A DNA stretch of 64,000 bases from an uncultured Actinomycetota bacterium (GTDB taxonomy: Bacteria > Actinomycetota > Actinomycetes > Actinomycetales > Dermatophilaceae), in contig CAVOOZ010000004.1 in NCBI GenBank assembly GCA_963697735.1, positions 174,180-238,179 of the forward strand, in the 5' to 3' direction. Made by a program: the position numbers and the translations under genes. Under the pieces are notes generated by a model, which saw only the letters and a list, made by a program, of their open reading frames with translations, had not been told where the DNA came from and did no database searches. This document shows positions 20,113 to 30,262 of this stretch, piece by piece; position 1 is the first letter of the stretch; each line of letters opens with the position of its first letter.

Positions 20113-21027
20113 TCAGCGACGCTCGCGCAGGGCGCGCTGAGCGTCCTCGCGGATGAGCCGCAGCATCGTCTGCACGACCGGTCCGCGCTGCTCGCCCTTG
20201 CGCACGATCGCCGACAGCGTGGTCCGCGCCCACGCCTCGTTGATCGGCACGAGCGTCACCCCGTTGCCGCTGACGGTGGACGGCGCCAAGGTGTTCGCGA
20301 TGGAGACGCCCACGCCGGCCCGCACCATCTGCTGCGCCGTCTCTGCGCTGTCGGTGCTGTAGACCACGCGTGCCTCGACGCCCTCCACGAGCTTCTCGAA
20401 GGCCGTGCGCAGGACGCTGCCCTTCTTGAAGATGATGAGCGGCACGCCGCTCAGGGCGGAGACCTCGAGCGTGTCCGCGTCGGCAAGGGGGTGCGACTCG
20501 GGCACGCAGAGCACCAGGCGGCCGGTCATCAGGTCGATGTGGTGTAGCTGGTCGGCGTGGACGTCGGCCTCCGGCAGGCCCAGCCGCGTGATGATCCCGA
20601 CGTCGAAGTGGCCCGCGAGAACCCCGTGGCGCACCATCTCGGAGCCGCCCTCGGTGACCTCGAAGCGGATGTTCGGGTGTTCTTCGTGCAGCTGTCTCAC
20701 GAGGTCCGGCAGCACGATGAGGCTGCCGGTCGAGACCGTCGCGAGGCGGACACTGCCGATCTTCAGGCCCTCGACCGCGCTCGCCTCCTGACGCAGCAGG
20801 TTCTCGGCCTGGATCGCCGCCTCAGCGTGCGGGAGGATCCGTTCGGCGGCATACGTCGGCCGGACACCCTGCGCCGTCCGCAGCACCAGCACGACGCCGA
20901 GGTCCTCCTCGAGGCGCTGGATCTGGTTCGTGATGGTCGGCTGCGAGACTCCGAGCTCCTTGGCAGCCTGCCGGAACGAGCCGGTGCGCAGGGCGGCCTC
21001 CAGATAGCGAAGCTGTTCGAACCTCAC
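20113..21027 (-). CDS. LysR family regulator
   Basis: GSFRQAAKELGVSQPTITNQIQRLEEDLGVVL HTH. Confidence 0.95.
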   Translation of the reverse strand: MRFEQLRYLEAALRTGSFRQAAKELGVSQPTITNQIQRLEEDLGVVLVLRTAQGVRPTYAAERILPHAEAAIQAENLLRQEASAVEGLKIGSVRLATVSTGSLIVLPDLVRQLHEEHPNIRFEVTEGGSEMVRHGVLAGHFDVGIITRLGLPEADVHADQLHHIDLMTGRLVLCVPESHPLADADTLEVSALSGVPLIIFKKGSVLRTAFEKLVEGVEARVVYSTDSAETAQQMVRAGVGVSIANTLAPSTVSGNGVTLVPINEAWARTTLSAIVRKGEQRGPVVQTMLRLIREDAQRALRERR

Positions 21028-21103
21028 GCCCTCACCCCTCCCGGGCGACACCCGCGGCCCTTCGGCCGAGGCTACACGCAGGGGTATGCCGTGCGGACGC
21101 GCC

Positions 21104-21928
21104 TCAGAGCGGCACGTCGTCCAGGCCGGTCGCGTCGACGGACAGGGCTCCGCCCTCGACGGGAATCGTCGTGCCGGTGATGTAGCCCGCGGCGGGAGTC
21201 AGCAGGAACGCGATGGTCGCGGCGACCTCGAACGGCTGGCCGAGCCGGCCGAGCATCGTGCGCGACGCCAGGGCATCGGCAGCGCGCGCTCCGGCCTCGT
21301 TGCCGACGAAGCGGGGAGAGAGGAACAGGCCCGGCGCCACGGCGTTGACCCGCACGCCAGAAGGTCCGTACTCGGCCGCGAGCTGCTTGACCCAGAGCTC
21401 GAGCGCCGCCTTGGCCGGCCCGTAGCCCGGTGACTTCCGGCCGGCCCGTGAGCCCATCACGCTGGAGACGTGCACGATGGAGCCTCCCCCACCCGCGGCT
21501 ATGACGGGAGCCAGACCCTGCGAGACGAGGAACGCGTGCCGGAGGTTGACGCGGAAGTCCTCCTCCCACTCGGCAAGAGTGAAGTCCCCCAAGCGTTTCC
21601 GCTGCATGCGGCCGACGACGTCGACGTAGCCGTGCAGGCGGTCGAGGTGAGCCGTGACCGCGTCACGGACCGTGGCGACTCCGTCCTCGGTGGTCACGTC
21701 AGCGACCACGTGGGGCGCCCGGAGGTCGGCTGCGACCGCGCCGAGCGCGTCCGCCTCGACATCGACCAGCAGGACGCGGGCACCCATGGCCACGAGCGTC
21801 CGGCTCACGTGCTCCCCGATGCCGGCCCCCGCCCCCACGACGACGTAGGCGTCGTCGTCGAGCCGGAAGAGCCGGTCGTGGGTGACGTCGCTCGCACCGA
21901 CAGGGGCCCGGGGGTCATCGGGCAGCAA
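21104..21928 (-). CDS. Short-chain dehydrogenase/reductase
   Basis: GAGAGIG, YGPAK catalytic motif, RVNAVAPG. Confidence 0.92.
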   Translation of the reverse strand: MLPDDPRAPVGASDVTHDRLFRLDDDAYVVVGAGAGIGEHVSRTLVAMGARVLLVDVEADALGAVAADLRAPHVVADVTTEDGVATVRDAVTAHLDRLHGYVDVVGRMQRKRLGDFTLAEWEEDFRVNLRHAFLVSQGLAPVIAAGGGGSIVHVSSVMGSRAGRKSPGYGPAKAALELWVKQLAAEYGPSGVRVNAVAPGLFLSPRFVGNEAGARAADALASRTMLGRLGQPFEVAATIAFLLTPAAGYITGTTIPVEGGALSVDATGLDDVPL

Positions 21929-22772
21929 GCCGCACCGCCTCCGACGGGACCTGCGCCAGGAACCCGGCCAGCGCCTCCCACGTCTGCTCGGGATGGCTGA
22001 TGTTCGGCGCGTGCTTGCGGGGTAGCGTCACGACCTGCGCCTCGGGCAGCAGAGCGGCGAGGTGTGCTGTCCAGCCGGCTTCCACGAGCGGGTCCTCCGT
22101 GCACTCGAACAGCAGCACGGGCGTCTCGACTCCGGCCAGCGCGCCGGGGTAGGGGTCCGCTGGCCGCGGCGGCCTGAGGGGCTCGGGCACCGGCTGGTGG
22201 ATCGCCATCATGCTCACGAAGTGGCCCGGCGCGGCGGCCCAGCGGTGGCGGGCGGCCACCTGGGCGTCGATCCCGTCGAAGTCGTCACACAGCAGCTCGA
22301 CGATGCTGCGCGTGTCTGCCTCGGTGCCGTCGAACGGCCCGAGTTGCGCGGCGGCCTCGGTCCGCCACGGGCCACCGGTCCCGCTGATCGTGGCGACCGA
22401 CGCGATCCGGTCACGCAAGGACGGGTCGGTGAGGGCGCGCAGCGCCAGCGACCCGCCGAACGAGTTCCCGACGAGGTGCACCGGCCCGGCGACACCGAGG
22501 TGGTCGAGCAACGCGAAGACGTGGCGCAGCCGGAAGCCGAACGGCGACTGGTCGAACCGGATCGACTTCGCCGACCCCCCGAAGCCGAGCAGGTCCGGCG
22601 CGATGACGCGGAACCCCTCCGCCGCGAGCGGCAGCACGGCGCCCCAGGTCACGTCGGAGCTCGCGCCCCAGGCGCCGTCGTGCAGGAACACGACCGTCGG
22701 GGAATCGTCGGGGCCACCGGACAGGTAGCGGGTCTCGAGGTCGTTGATGACGACCGTCTGCTCCAGGATCAC
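21915..22772 (-). CDS. Alpha/beta hydrolase (esterase or C-C hydrolase-like)
   Basis: [22 protein letters not shown] nucleophile elbow; AAGGAG RBS before GTG 22772; directly downstream of the BVMO. Confidence 0.9.
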   Translation of the reverse strand: MILEQTVVINDLETRYLSGGPDDSPTVVFLHDGAWGASSDVTWGAVLPLAAEGFRVIAPDLLGFGGSAKSIRFDQSPFGFRLRHVFALLDHLGVAGPVHLVGNSFGGSLALRALTDPSLRDRIASVATISGTGGPWRTEAAAQLGPFDGTEADTRSIVELLCDDFDGIDAQVAARHRWAAAPGHFVSMMAIHQPVPEPLRPPRPADPYPGALAGVETPVLLFECTEDPLVEAGWTAHLAALLPEAQVVTLPRKHAPNISHPEQTWEALAGFLAQVPSEAVRLAAR

Positions 22773-22794
22773 GCGGTTCTCCTTGCTTGAAAGA

Positions 22795-24699
22795 TCAGAT
22801 GAATTCATAGTGCTCGGCGTGGGCCTGCTCGGTGCCCTCGAGGTAGCGCTGGGCGGGCAGCGGCCACATGATCGTCGAGCGGCCCTCGGCGTTCTGGTAC
22901 CAGCTGTGCGTCCTCGACCATCCCCAGGCGCGCAGCGCACTGGCGGCCGTGACCTCCTCGCGGTACTCGTCGAACACCTCGGGGCGAAGGGACATCGCCG
23001 ACTTTCCCGTGCCCAGCAGCACCTTGATGGCGCTGAGGACGTAGGCCGACTGGCACTCGAGGAAGAAGACGAGGTTGCCGTGCAGGACGAGGTTGGTGTT
23101 CGGACCGTAGAGACAGAAGAAGTTCGGGAAGTCAGGCAGCGCCAGCCCCATGTAGGCGCACGCGTCGATGCCCCACGTCTCGTGCAGGTCCTTGCCATGC
23201 ACCCCGGTCACCCTCATGGGGGTGAGGAACTCGGACGCCGTGAACCCGGTTCCGAAGAGGATGACGTCGGCCTCGACGTAGTCGCCCGACTCGGTCCAGA
23301 CGCCGTGGGCGTCCACCCGCACGACCTTGTCGCTGACGAGGTCGACGTCGTCCCGCTTCAGGGTCGCCACCCACGTGCCGTCGTCGCGCACGATCCGCTT
23401 CGCCCCCGGCGGGTAGTTCGGGACGATCTTGCTGAGGAGGTCCTCACGGTCGCCGGCCTGTGCCACGAGGTAGTCGGTGAGCATGACGCGCAGACGCTCG
23501 TTGGCCGCCGACACCGCACGTTCGCTGGGCGGGTAGTCGGGGTCGACCGTGGCCGCGTCGAGCTGCCCGATCGCCCGAGGCAGGAAGATCGAGAAGCGGT
23601 AGTAGGCCCGGTAGAACGGCAGGTTCCTCAGGAGCCAACGCTCGTCGTCGGCGATGTCGTCGCGCAGCTCGGGCGTCGGCATGAGCCACGGCGCGGACCG
23701 CTGGAAGACGGTGAGCCGCTCCGCGGTGCCGGCCAGCGCGGGCACGAACTGCAGGGCGCTCGCGCCGGTGCCGATGACAGCGACCCGCTTGCCGGCGAAG
23801 TCGACGGTGTGGTCCCACTCGGCGGAGTGGAAGGCCGGGCCGCGGAAGTCTGCGAGCCCTTCGATCTCGGGGATGAGAGGACGGTTGAGCTGTCCGACCG
23901 CGCTGACGAGCACCTCGAACTCACGGGTGGTGTCCACCCCGTCACCCGTGGTGCTGAGCCGCCACGTGCTCTTGCGGTCGTCCCACGACGCCTCGCTGAC
24001 CTCGGTGCCGAACGCGATGTGCTCGATCAGGCCGTTCTCCTCAGCGAAGCGCCGCAGGTACCCGTGGATCACGTGCTGCCGGCTGAAGTACGACGGCCAG
24101 TCGTGCGGGAAGAAGGAGTACGTGTAGATGTGGCTGTGCACGTCGGTGCGGCAGTCGGGATAGGTGTTGTCCCACCAGGTGCCACCGACGTTCGTGCCCT
24201 TCTCGAAGATCGTGAAGGGTATGCCGGCCTGTTTCATCCGCAGCCCCGCCAGCAGCCCGGAGATGCCGGCGCCGATGATCGCTGCGCGCAGCGTGCGTCC
24301 CGGTGCCTCCTCCTCGAGCGTCCACCGTGGAGCCCGCGGGTCCGTGCCGTCGGGGACGAACGCCACGTCGAGCAGCTGTGCGGCCTGCGAGACACCGGGG
24401 CCCAGGCTCCACGCCCCGATCGCCTCGAGCACCTCGGCGCTCGGGCGGGTGGGCCAGGGCTCCGCCGACCCGAGGTGGCCCGCGAGACGGGCGAGGCAGA
24501 ACTCGCGGATTCGACGCTCCTCGACCGGGTCGAGGCTGCCGTGAGGAAGCAGCGCGGGGTCGGGTCGCCACTCCTCTCGCAGCACCGTGACGTCCCCGGT
24601 GACGTGCGCGACGAGCATCAGCAGCGCCGGCGTCGCGGCGGCCTCGATGTGGGATCGCACCTCGTTGAGGGTCGGGTGTGCTGGTTTCGGCTGGTGCAT
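22795..24699 (-). CDS. Type I Baeyer-Villiger monooxygenase with N-terminal extension (4-hydroxyacetophenone monooxygenase-like)
   Basis: GAGISG, GGTWWDNTYP, FRGPAFHSAEWD fingerprint, GTGASA; 634 aa. Confidence 0.92.
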   Translation of the reverse strand: MHQPKPAHPTLNEVRSHIEAAATPALLMLVAHVTGDVTVLREEWRPDPALLPHGSLDPVEERRIREFCLARLAGHLGSAEPWPTRPSAEVLEAIGAWSLGPGVSQAAQLLDVAFVPDGTDPRAPRWTLEEEAPGRTLRAAIIGAGISGLLAGLRMKQAGIPFTIFEKGTNVGGTWWDNTYPDCRTDVHSHIYTYSFFPHDWPSYFSRQHVIHGYLRRFAEENGLIEHIAFGTEVSEASWDDRKSTWRLSTTGDGVDTTREFEVLVSAVGQLNRPLIPEIEGLADFRGPAFHSAEWDHTVDFAGKRVAVIGTGASALQFVPALAGTAERLTVFQRSAPWLMPTPELRDDIADDERWLLRNLPFYRAYYRFSIFLPRAIGQLDAATVDPDYPPSERAVSAANERLRVMLTDYLVAQAGDREDLLSKIVPNYPPGAKRIVRDDGTWVATLKRDDVDLVSDKVVRVDAHGVWTESGDYVEADVILFGTGFTASEFLTPMRVTGVHGKDLHETWGIDACAYMGLALPDFPNFFCLYGPNTNLVLHGNLVFFLECQSAYVLSAIKVLLGTGKSAMSLRPEVFDEYREEVTAASALRAWGWSRTHSWYQNAEGRSTIMWPLPAQRYLEGTEQAHAEHYEFI

Positions 24700-24721
24700 G
24701 GGGTCTCCGAGCTCTGCAACG

Positions 24722-25525
24722 TCAGGATGTCGTGATGGTGGTCGCCGCTGGAAAGCTCACGAACGACTCGATGCGCTCGGCGACCTCGCGGGGATGGGTG
24801 AAGGCCGTCAGATGGGCGCCGGGCACCATGTCGAGAACCGCACCGGGAATGGCGTCCGCGAGTGCCTCGACGACCGGGCGGGGAGTGCTCACGTCGTCAC
24901 GGCCGCCTAGGACCAGGGTGGGCGCCGACACGCGCTCGAGGTCGATCGACCCGACCTCGGTCATCGCCTCGAGGCAGGCCGCGTGCACCTCGGGGTCCGC
25001 CGACGTCAGCTGACCTCGGGCGCGGTCGACCAGCTCGTCCGGGGCAGCGCCGAACCAGCGCTGGAGGAGCACGGGGGTCATCTGTTCCATGCCACCGGCT
25101 CGCCGGGCTGCGGCGGCGCGGGCGAGCGCAGCCGTCCGGGCGGCGTCGTCATAGGACCCGGCGGTTGCGATGAGGACGAGTGCCTCCACCCGGTCGGGAG
25201 CAGCCGTCGCCAGGGCCTGGGCCACCATTCCTCCCATCGAGATGCCGACGACGACGCTCGTGTCGACGCCGAGCTGGTCCCACAGACCGATGACGTCGTC
25301 GGCCATCTGCGTGAGACTCAACGGCAGGGGGCCCGAGTCGCTCGTCCCATGACCCCGCAGGTCGGGCAGGATGACGCGATAGTCGCTGCCGAGCTCAGCC
25401 GCCAGCGGCAGGAACCAGGACCCCTCGAGCGCGAGGGAGTGCAGGCAGGTGATCGTCCGCCGTCCGTGGCCGACGACCTCGTAGCCGAGCCGCGTCCCGT
25501 CCGGTGCACTCCATGACGCGGGCAT
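24722..25525 (-). CDS. Alpha/beta hydrolase, enol-lactonase (PcaD)-like
   Basis: CLHSL, DLRGHGTS, GISMGG, GAHL. Confidence 0.88.
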   Translation of the reverse strand: MPASWSAPDGTRLGYEVVGHGRRTITCLHSLALEGSWFLPLAAELGSDYRVILPDLRGHGTSDSGPLPLSLTQMADDVIGLWDQLGVDTSVVVGISMGGMVAQALATAAPDRVEALVLIATAGSYDDAARTAALARAAAARRAGGMEQMTPVLLQRWFGAAPDELVDRARGQLTSADPEVHAACLEAMTEVGSIDLERVSAPTLVLGGRDDVSTPRPVVEALADAIPGAVLDMVPGAHLTAFTHPREVAERIESFVSFPAATTITTS

Positions 25526-25526
25526 G

Positions 25527-26364
25527 TCAGGAGTCTCCGCCCTCTGCCGCGCGGAGCGCTTCGGCATGGTCGACCTCGTGGCGCAGCTGGGCCGACAGCT
25601 CCTCGAAGTGGCGCCGGAAGGGCTCCGAGGTGCGCATCTCCTGCGTGCGGGGCCGGTCGAGGTCGATCTTCATGTCGGCCACGATCCGGCCGGGCCGGCT
25701 CGCCATCAGGATCACCCGGTCGCTGAGCAGGATCGCCTCCTCGAGGTCGTGGGTGACGAAAATGACCGTGGGGCGCTCGGACTCCCAGAGGCGGACGAAC
25801 TCCTCCTGTTGCAGGGCCCTGGTCTGGGCGTCGAGCGCCGCGAACGGCTCGTCCATCAGCACCACCCGCGGGCTCTGGACCAGGGTGCGGGCGATGGCGA
25901 CCCGCTGCCGCATCCCCTGCGAGAGGTGGAAGACGTCCGAGTCGGCAAACTCCTGCAGCCGCACCCGCTTCAGCCACGCGTCGGCACGCTCGCGTCGCTC
26001 TGCCTTGGGAACGCCGCGGACCTCGAGCCCGAGCTCGACGTTGCTCCTCACCCGCCGCCAGGGCATCAAGGCGTCTCGGGCGAAGAGGAACGCGACGTCG
26101 GGCGAGGCGCCGGAGACCTCCGCGTCACCCAGCCGGACCGCGCCGCTGCGGGCCTGGACGAGGCCACCGGTCATGGAGAGCGCAGTGGTCTTGCCGCACC
26201 CGGAGGGGCCCGACGATGCTGACGAACTCCGACGGCTCGATCCGCAGGTTGAAGTCCTCGAGCACGCGCACCGGCCGGTCCCCGTGGAGGAAGCTGTGGT
26301 GGACGTGCTCGAACTCCACCGCGAGACCACGGGTGTCGCGCTCGAGGGCGTTCTGTGCAGACAT
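25527..26364 (-). CDS. SsuB/TauB-like ABC ATP-binding protein with +1 frameshift in Walker A (about 26205-26208)
   Basis: EFVSIVGP in one frame continues as SGCGKT in another at a G4 run; LSQGMRQR, LMDEPFAALD, FVTHDLEEA. Confidence 0.88.
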
Positions 26365-26426
26365 GCCTTTCAACTCCTGATCTGGGCATCATCGACTCGT
26401 CAGGGTCCGCTGCAGCGGACTCGGCG

Positions 26427-26493
26427 ATCGTCAGTGCGGGTGGTCAGCGGTGTCAAGGCGCCTCCGGCCCGGGCGCGACTATCGCCCTGATAG
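26427..26493 (-). promoter_or_regulatory. LysR-type box (CTATCGCCCTGATAG, 26479-26493) with TTGACA -35 (26451-26456) for the long leftward operon
   Basis: Same architecture and spacing as 9930-9972. Confidence 0.7.
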
Positions 26494-26563
26494 GGCGCCA
26501 CGCATTGCCTGTCCGAGGGGTGCGACCTGACGCTGGTCGCCTCCCAGCGACGAGAGGACCACC

Positions 26564-27403
26564 ATGCCACCTGCGCACGCAGCGTCGAACACCCGCACGC
26601 CTTCCGGGTCCGCGAGCTTCGACTTCACCGACCGGGTCGTCGTCGTGACCGGCGCGTCGGGAGGCATCGGGTCCGCCGTCGTCGACCTCTTCGCGGCCGC
26701 CGGCGCCGACATCCTCCTGCACGGACGCGACGAGGAGGCGCTCGCCCGCGGGGCCGAGCGGGTTCGGGCCCTGGGCCGCCGCGCGGCCACGGTCTCGGGC
26801 AACATCCGGTCTCCCGAGACCGCTGCAGCCATCGTGGACACGGCCCTGTCCGAGCTCGGCAGGATCGACGTGCTCGTCAACAACGCCGGCGGCAACTTCG
26901 GGGCGCGGCTGGAGGACCTCTCGGTCAACGCCTGGAACGCGACCATCGAGGCGAACCTCTCCGGCGCCTTCCACCTGGCCAAGGCCTGCCTGCCGACGTT
27001 CCGCGAGTCGGGGGGCGGTGTCATCGTCAACGTCGGCTCGGCGTCGGCCAACTACGCGCACCCGATGCGGGGGGCGTATGCCGCCGCCAAGGCCGGACTG
27101 GCCTCGCTCACCCGGACGATGGCATGGGAGTGGGCCCACCTCAACGTGCGGGTGAACTGCATCGAGCCCGGTGCTGTCATGACGCAGGCGTCGCGGTTCG
27201 CCGGGGGCGACACCGAGCAGAAGGTTGCACGCTACGTCGCACTCGGGCGGGTCGGCACTCCCGACGACATTGCCAAGGTCTGCGCGTTCCTCAGCTCGGA
27301 CGCGGCGGCATACATCACCGGCGAGAGCCTCGTCGTCGCGGGAGGACCACACACCTCCACCCCCGCCGATGTGGACCTTGTGCCCCAATCGGCCCTCGTC
27401 TGA
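26564..27403 (+). CDS. Short-chain dehydrogenase/reductase
   Basis: TGASGGIG, VNNAG, YAAAK; GAGGA RBS. Confidence 0.94.
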   Translation: MPPAHAASNTRTPSGSASFDFTDRVVVVTGASGGIGSAVVDLFAAAGADILLHGRDEEALARGAERVRALGRRAATVSGNIRSPETAAAIVDTALSELGRIDVLVNNAGGNFGARLEDLSVNAWNATIEANLSGAFHLAKACLPTFRESGGGVIVNVGSASANYAHPMRGAYAAAKAGLASLTRTMAWEWAHLNVRVNCIEPGAVMTQASRFAGGDTEQKVARYVALGRVGTPDDIAKVCAFLSSDAAAYITGESLVVAGGPHTSTPADVDLVPQSALV

Positions 27404-27420
27404 CGACGGGACGCGCAACA

Positions 27421-28368
27421 ATGCCCGCCTTGGGACCCGATCCTGACAGGACCAACGTGAACACCATCGACGAGAGGAGCACACCGACCGTGGGCTCTGA
27501 CGCCACCTCACCCGCCCGCCAGGACCGCCCGCGGCGTGCGGCCAACCCCGAGGCTGACCACACCGCGGACGCCATCGAGCGTGACATCCTCGTCGAGCGC
27601 AACCAGGCCCGACGCCGAGCGACCCGCACGACATGGGCGATCCGGATCGTCGTGGGGGTGCTGTTTCTCGGCGGCTGGTACCTCATCAGCGAGCGCCAGC
27701 TGATCGACCCCCTGCTCATCTCGGCCCCACAGGAAGTCGCAAGGGCGTTCATCACCCAGCTCGGAGACGCCAAGTTCTGGACGGACGTGACCAGCACGTT
27801 CGCCGGGGCCATGGCAGGTCTCACGGTCGGTGCGGCGTTGGGCATCCTCTGCGGCGTCGCATTCTCCCGGTGGCCGGTCATCGAGCGCGCAGCCGGGCCG
27901 TTCCTGACGCTCGCCAACAGCCTCCCCCGTCCTGCGCTCGCGCCCATCTTCATCCTCTGGTTCGGCCTTGGATTCGGCCCGAAGGCCCTCGTCGCAGCCA
28001 GCGTCGTCTTCTTCCTCCTCCTGACCAACACCGCCACCGCGTTGCGCGGTATCGACCACGACGTCGACCAGCTCGCCAGGTCCCTGTCGATGACTCCGGT
28101 CCAGCGCTTCGTCAAGGTCGAGATGCCGAGCGCACTGCCGAGTATCGTCGGGGCCCTGCGGCTGGGTGCCGTCTACTCCGTGCTCGGCGCCGTGGTGTCC
28201 GAGATGGTCGGTGCCTACACGGGCCTGGGCCAGCGCCTCGTCGTGCTGACCAACAACTTCCAGGTCGCCGAGTCCTTCGCGGTCCTGCTCGCAATGGGCC
28301 TGTTGTCCATGTCGTTGGATTACGCCATCTCGGGGCTCCAGAGGCTCGTCCAGAGCCGCACGAGGTGA
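27421..28368 (+). CDS. SsuC/TauC-like ABC permease
   Basis: LPRPALAPIFILWFGLG, PSALPSI, VVSEMVGAYTGLG; start 27421 or GTG 27457. Confidence 0.92.
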   Translation: MPALGPDPDRTNVNTIDERSTPTVGSDATSPARQDRPRRAANPEADHTADAIERDILVERNQARRRATRTTWAIRIVVGVLFLGGWYLISERQLIDPLLISAPQEVARAFITQLGDAKFWTDVTSTFAGAMAGLTVGAALGILCGVAFSRWPVIERAAGPFLTLANSLPRPALAPIFILWFGLGFGPKALVAASVVFFLLLTNTATALRGIDHDVDQLARSLSMTPVQRFVKVEMPSALPSIVGALRLGAVYSVLGAVVSEMVGAYTGLGQRLVVLTNNFQVAESFAVLLAMGLLSMSLDYAISGLQRLVQSRTR

Positions 28369-29066
28369 CCGCGCGCACCGTCGTCATCACCGGCGGAGCC
28401 TCGGGCATCGGGGCGACGCTGGCCCGCGCCCTCACCCCCGACTGGGATGTCGTCGTGGTCGACCGTTCGACGCCGGACCGCCCGGTGCCCGGGGCCACAT
28501 ACCTCGTCGGCGACGTCACCGTCCCCGATGCGCTGGACGAGCTCGCGACCGGCATCGCCGAGCGTGCTGGTGGGCGGCTCCACGGGCTCGTGCACTGTGC
28601 GGCCGTCGGTGGTTTCGGCGATTTCATGACCATGGCGCGCGACTCTTGGGAACACATCCTCACCGTGAACCTGCACGGCACGTTGGCGGCCGTGCAGTCG
28701 TTCGCGCCATTCGTAGCCGACGAGGGCCGGGTCGTCCTCTTCTCGTCGGGCACGGCCTTCAAGGGGCCAAGGGGGGCCGCCGCATATGCCGCGTCCAAGG
28801 CGGGCGTCATCGGGTTCGCGCGGTGCTTGGCGGAGGAGCTCGGTGACCGCGGCATCACCGTAAACGTCGTCGCCCCGGGGCTGGTCCACACCCCTCTGTC
28901 GGCGTCCATCGCCGACTCGGAGGAGGCAACCATCCGTACACGCGCGATCAAGCGGGCGTCCACCACTGCCGACTATGTCGAGCCGGTCCGCTTCCTGCTC
29001 TCAGCGGGGGCCTCGTTCGTCACCGGCCAGACAATTGTGGTCGACGGTGGCTCCATCAAGCACTGA
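28365..29066 (+). CDS. Short-chain dehydrogenase/reductase
   Basis: GTGA overlap with permease; TGGASGIG, YAASK, VNVVAPG. Confidence 0.93.
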   Translation: MTARTVVITGGASGIGATLARALTPDWDVVVVDRSTPDRPVPGATYLVGDVTVPDALDELATGIAERAGGRLHGLVHCAAVGGFGDFMTMARDSWEHILTVNLHGTLAAVQSFAPFVADEGRVVLFSSGTAFKGPRGAAAYAASKAGVIGFARCLAEELGDRGITVNVVAPGLVHTPLSASIADSEEATIRTRAIKRASTTADYVEPVRFLLSAGASFVTGQTIVVDGGSIKH

Positions 29067-29084
29067 CACGCCCGTGGCATCAGG

Positions 29085-29117
29085 TCCGGGTCAGTTCCGG
29101 GTCAGTCCCGGGTCGGT
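29085..29117. repeat. Three tandem 11-bp repeats (T/C)CCGGGTC(A/G)GT
   Basis: 29085-29095 and 29096-29106 identical; 29107-29117 has two mismatches. Confidence 0.85.
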
Positions 29118-29219
29118 GACGTTCCCGCGTTGACGCGATGAGCTGGCCGGTTGGTGTCCATCGAGATGGCTCTACCAGCGTGCCTCGAGCCGGTAGTAGA
29201 CGGCGCTGCAGCGCAACTC

Positions 29220-29330
29220 GTTGTCGATGCAGACGGCGCTGGGCGACCTGGCATTCGACGCTGCGACGCGTAAGGCGCAGGTGGGTCGCGAGCTCACTCA
29301 GGGTCCAGCGAGCCACGACATCGACCGCCA
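29220..29330 (-). pseudogene. Possible LuxR-type HTH remnant
   Basis: VDVVARWTLSELATHLRLTRRSVECQV resembles a decayed LuxR HTH. Confidence 0.4.
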
Positions 29331-29496
29331 CCACACCGGCGTCGCAATCGCCGGCCATCGCAGACGGCCACACATCCTCTGTAAGGCCGGATCCGGGTCA
29401 GTAGAGGTCGGCCCGTACGCGCCTATCGTGACCGTGGACGTGGACGTGGTGGGCTCTGCCTCGGGGTCGCAGCTGACGCACCGCACCTGAACAGGG

Positions 29497-30262
29497 TCAG
29501 CGAGAACGCATGAGCTGAGGCGTGGATTGGTTGGGCGCGATGCGGATCCAGTCGATGAGCAACGTGGCCGGAAGGTCGAACGGCGGTGCGTCGTTGCCTG
29601 GCCAGGTCCCACCGACCGCGAGATTGAGCAGAAGGTAGAAGGGCTGATTGAACGGCCACACGCTGTCGGGCACATCTGCCGGTGTCAGCCGGAAGTACGG
29701 ATCTCCGTCGAACAGCCAGACGATCGTCGTCCTCGCTCCACTCGACACCGTAGATGTGAAACTCCCCGATGAGGTCGGCGCCGGGTCGATGCGCGCGGCC
29801 GAGCCCACCATCGAGCCCGCAGTAGCCGGGTGCGTGCAGGGTCCCGTGGACGGTGCCGGGATCGGATCCGACGTGTTCCATCACGTCGATCTCGCCGCAG
29901 GCTGGCCATCCCACCTGATCGATGTTGCTGCCGAGCAGCCAGAACGCCGGCCACGTGCCGCGTCCTGCCGGAACCTTCATCCTCGCCTCGATCCGCCCAT
30001 ACCGGACGGAGATCCGGTCCTTCGTGATCAGCCGCGCAGAGGTGATCGATCCAGCCGGGTCGTCAGTGCCAAGCGCGGTGATGGCGAGCTGGCCACCAGC
30101 CCTGATCTGCGCGTTGGCTCCGTCAGCTGTGTACATCTGCCGTTGGCCACAGCCCCAGCCGCCGCCCCCCACCTCAGCGCTCCAAACGGCAGGGTTCGGG
30201 CCGGCTCCCGCCTCGCCAGCGAACTCCTCCCGCCAGATGAACGCGTCCTCACGCTCAGCCAT
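29497..30262 (-). CDS. Glycoside hydrolase family 16 (laminarinase-like), frameshift near 29725
   Basis: SARLITK, YGRIEARMK, WPAFWLLG, GEIDVME; C-terminus WPFNQPFYLLLNLAVGGTWPG in another frame. Confidence 0.9.

Noticed and set aside
29085-29117. Short repeats as a CRISPR array
   Set aside because: 11-bp units with no spacers and no cas genes
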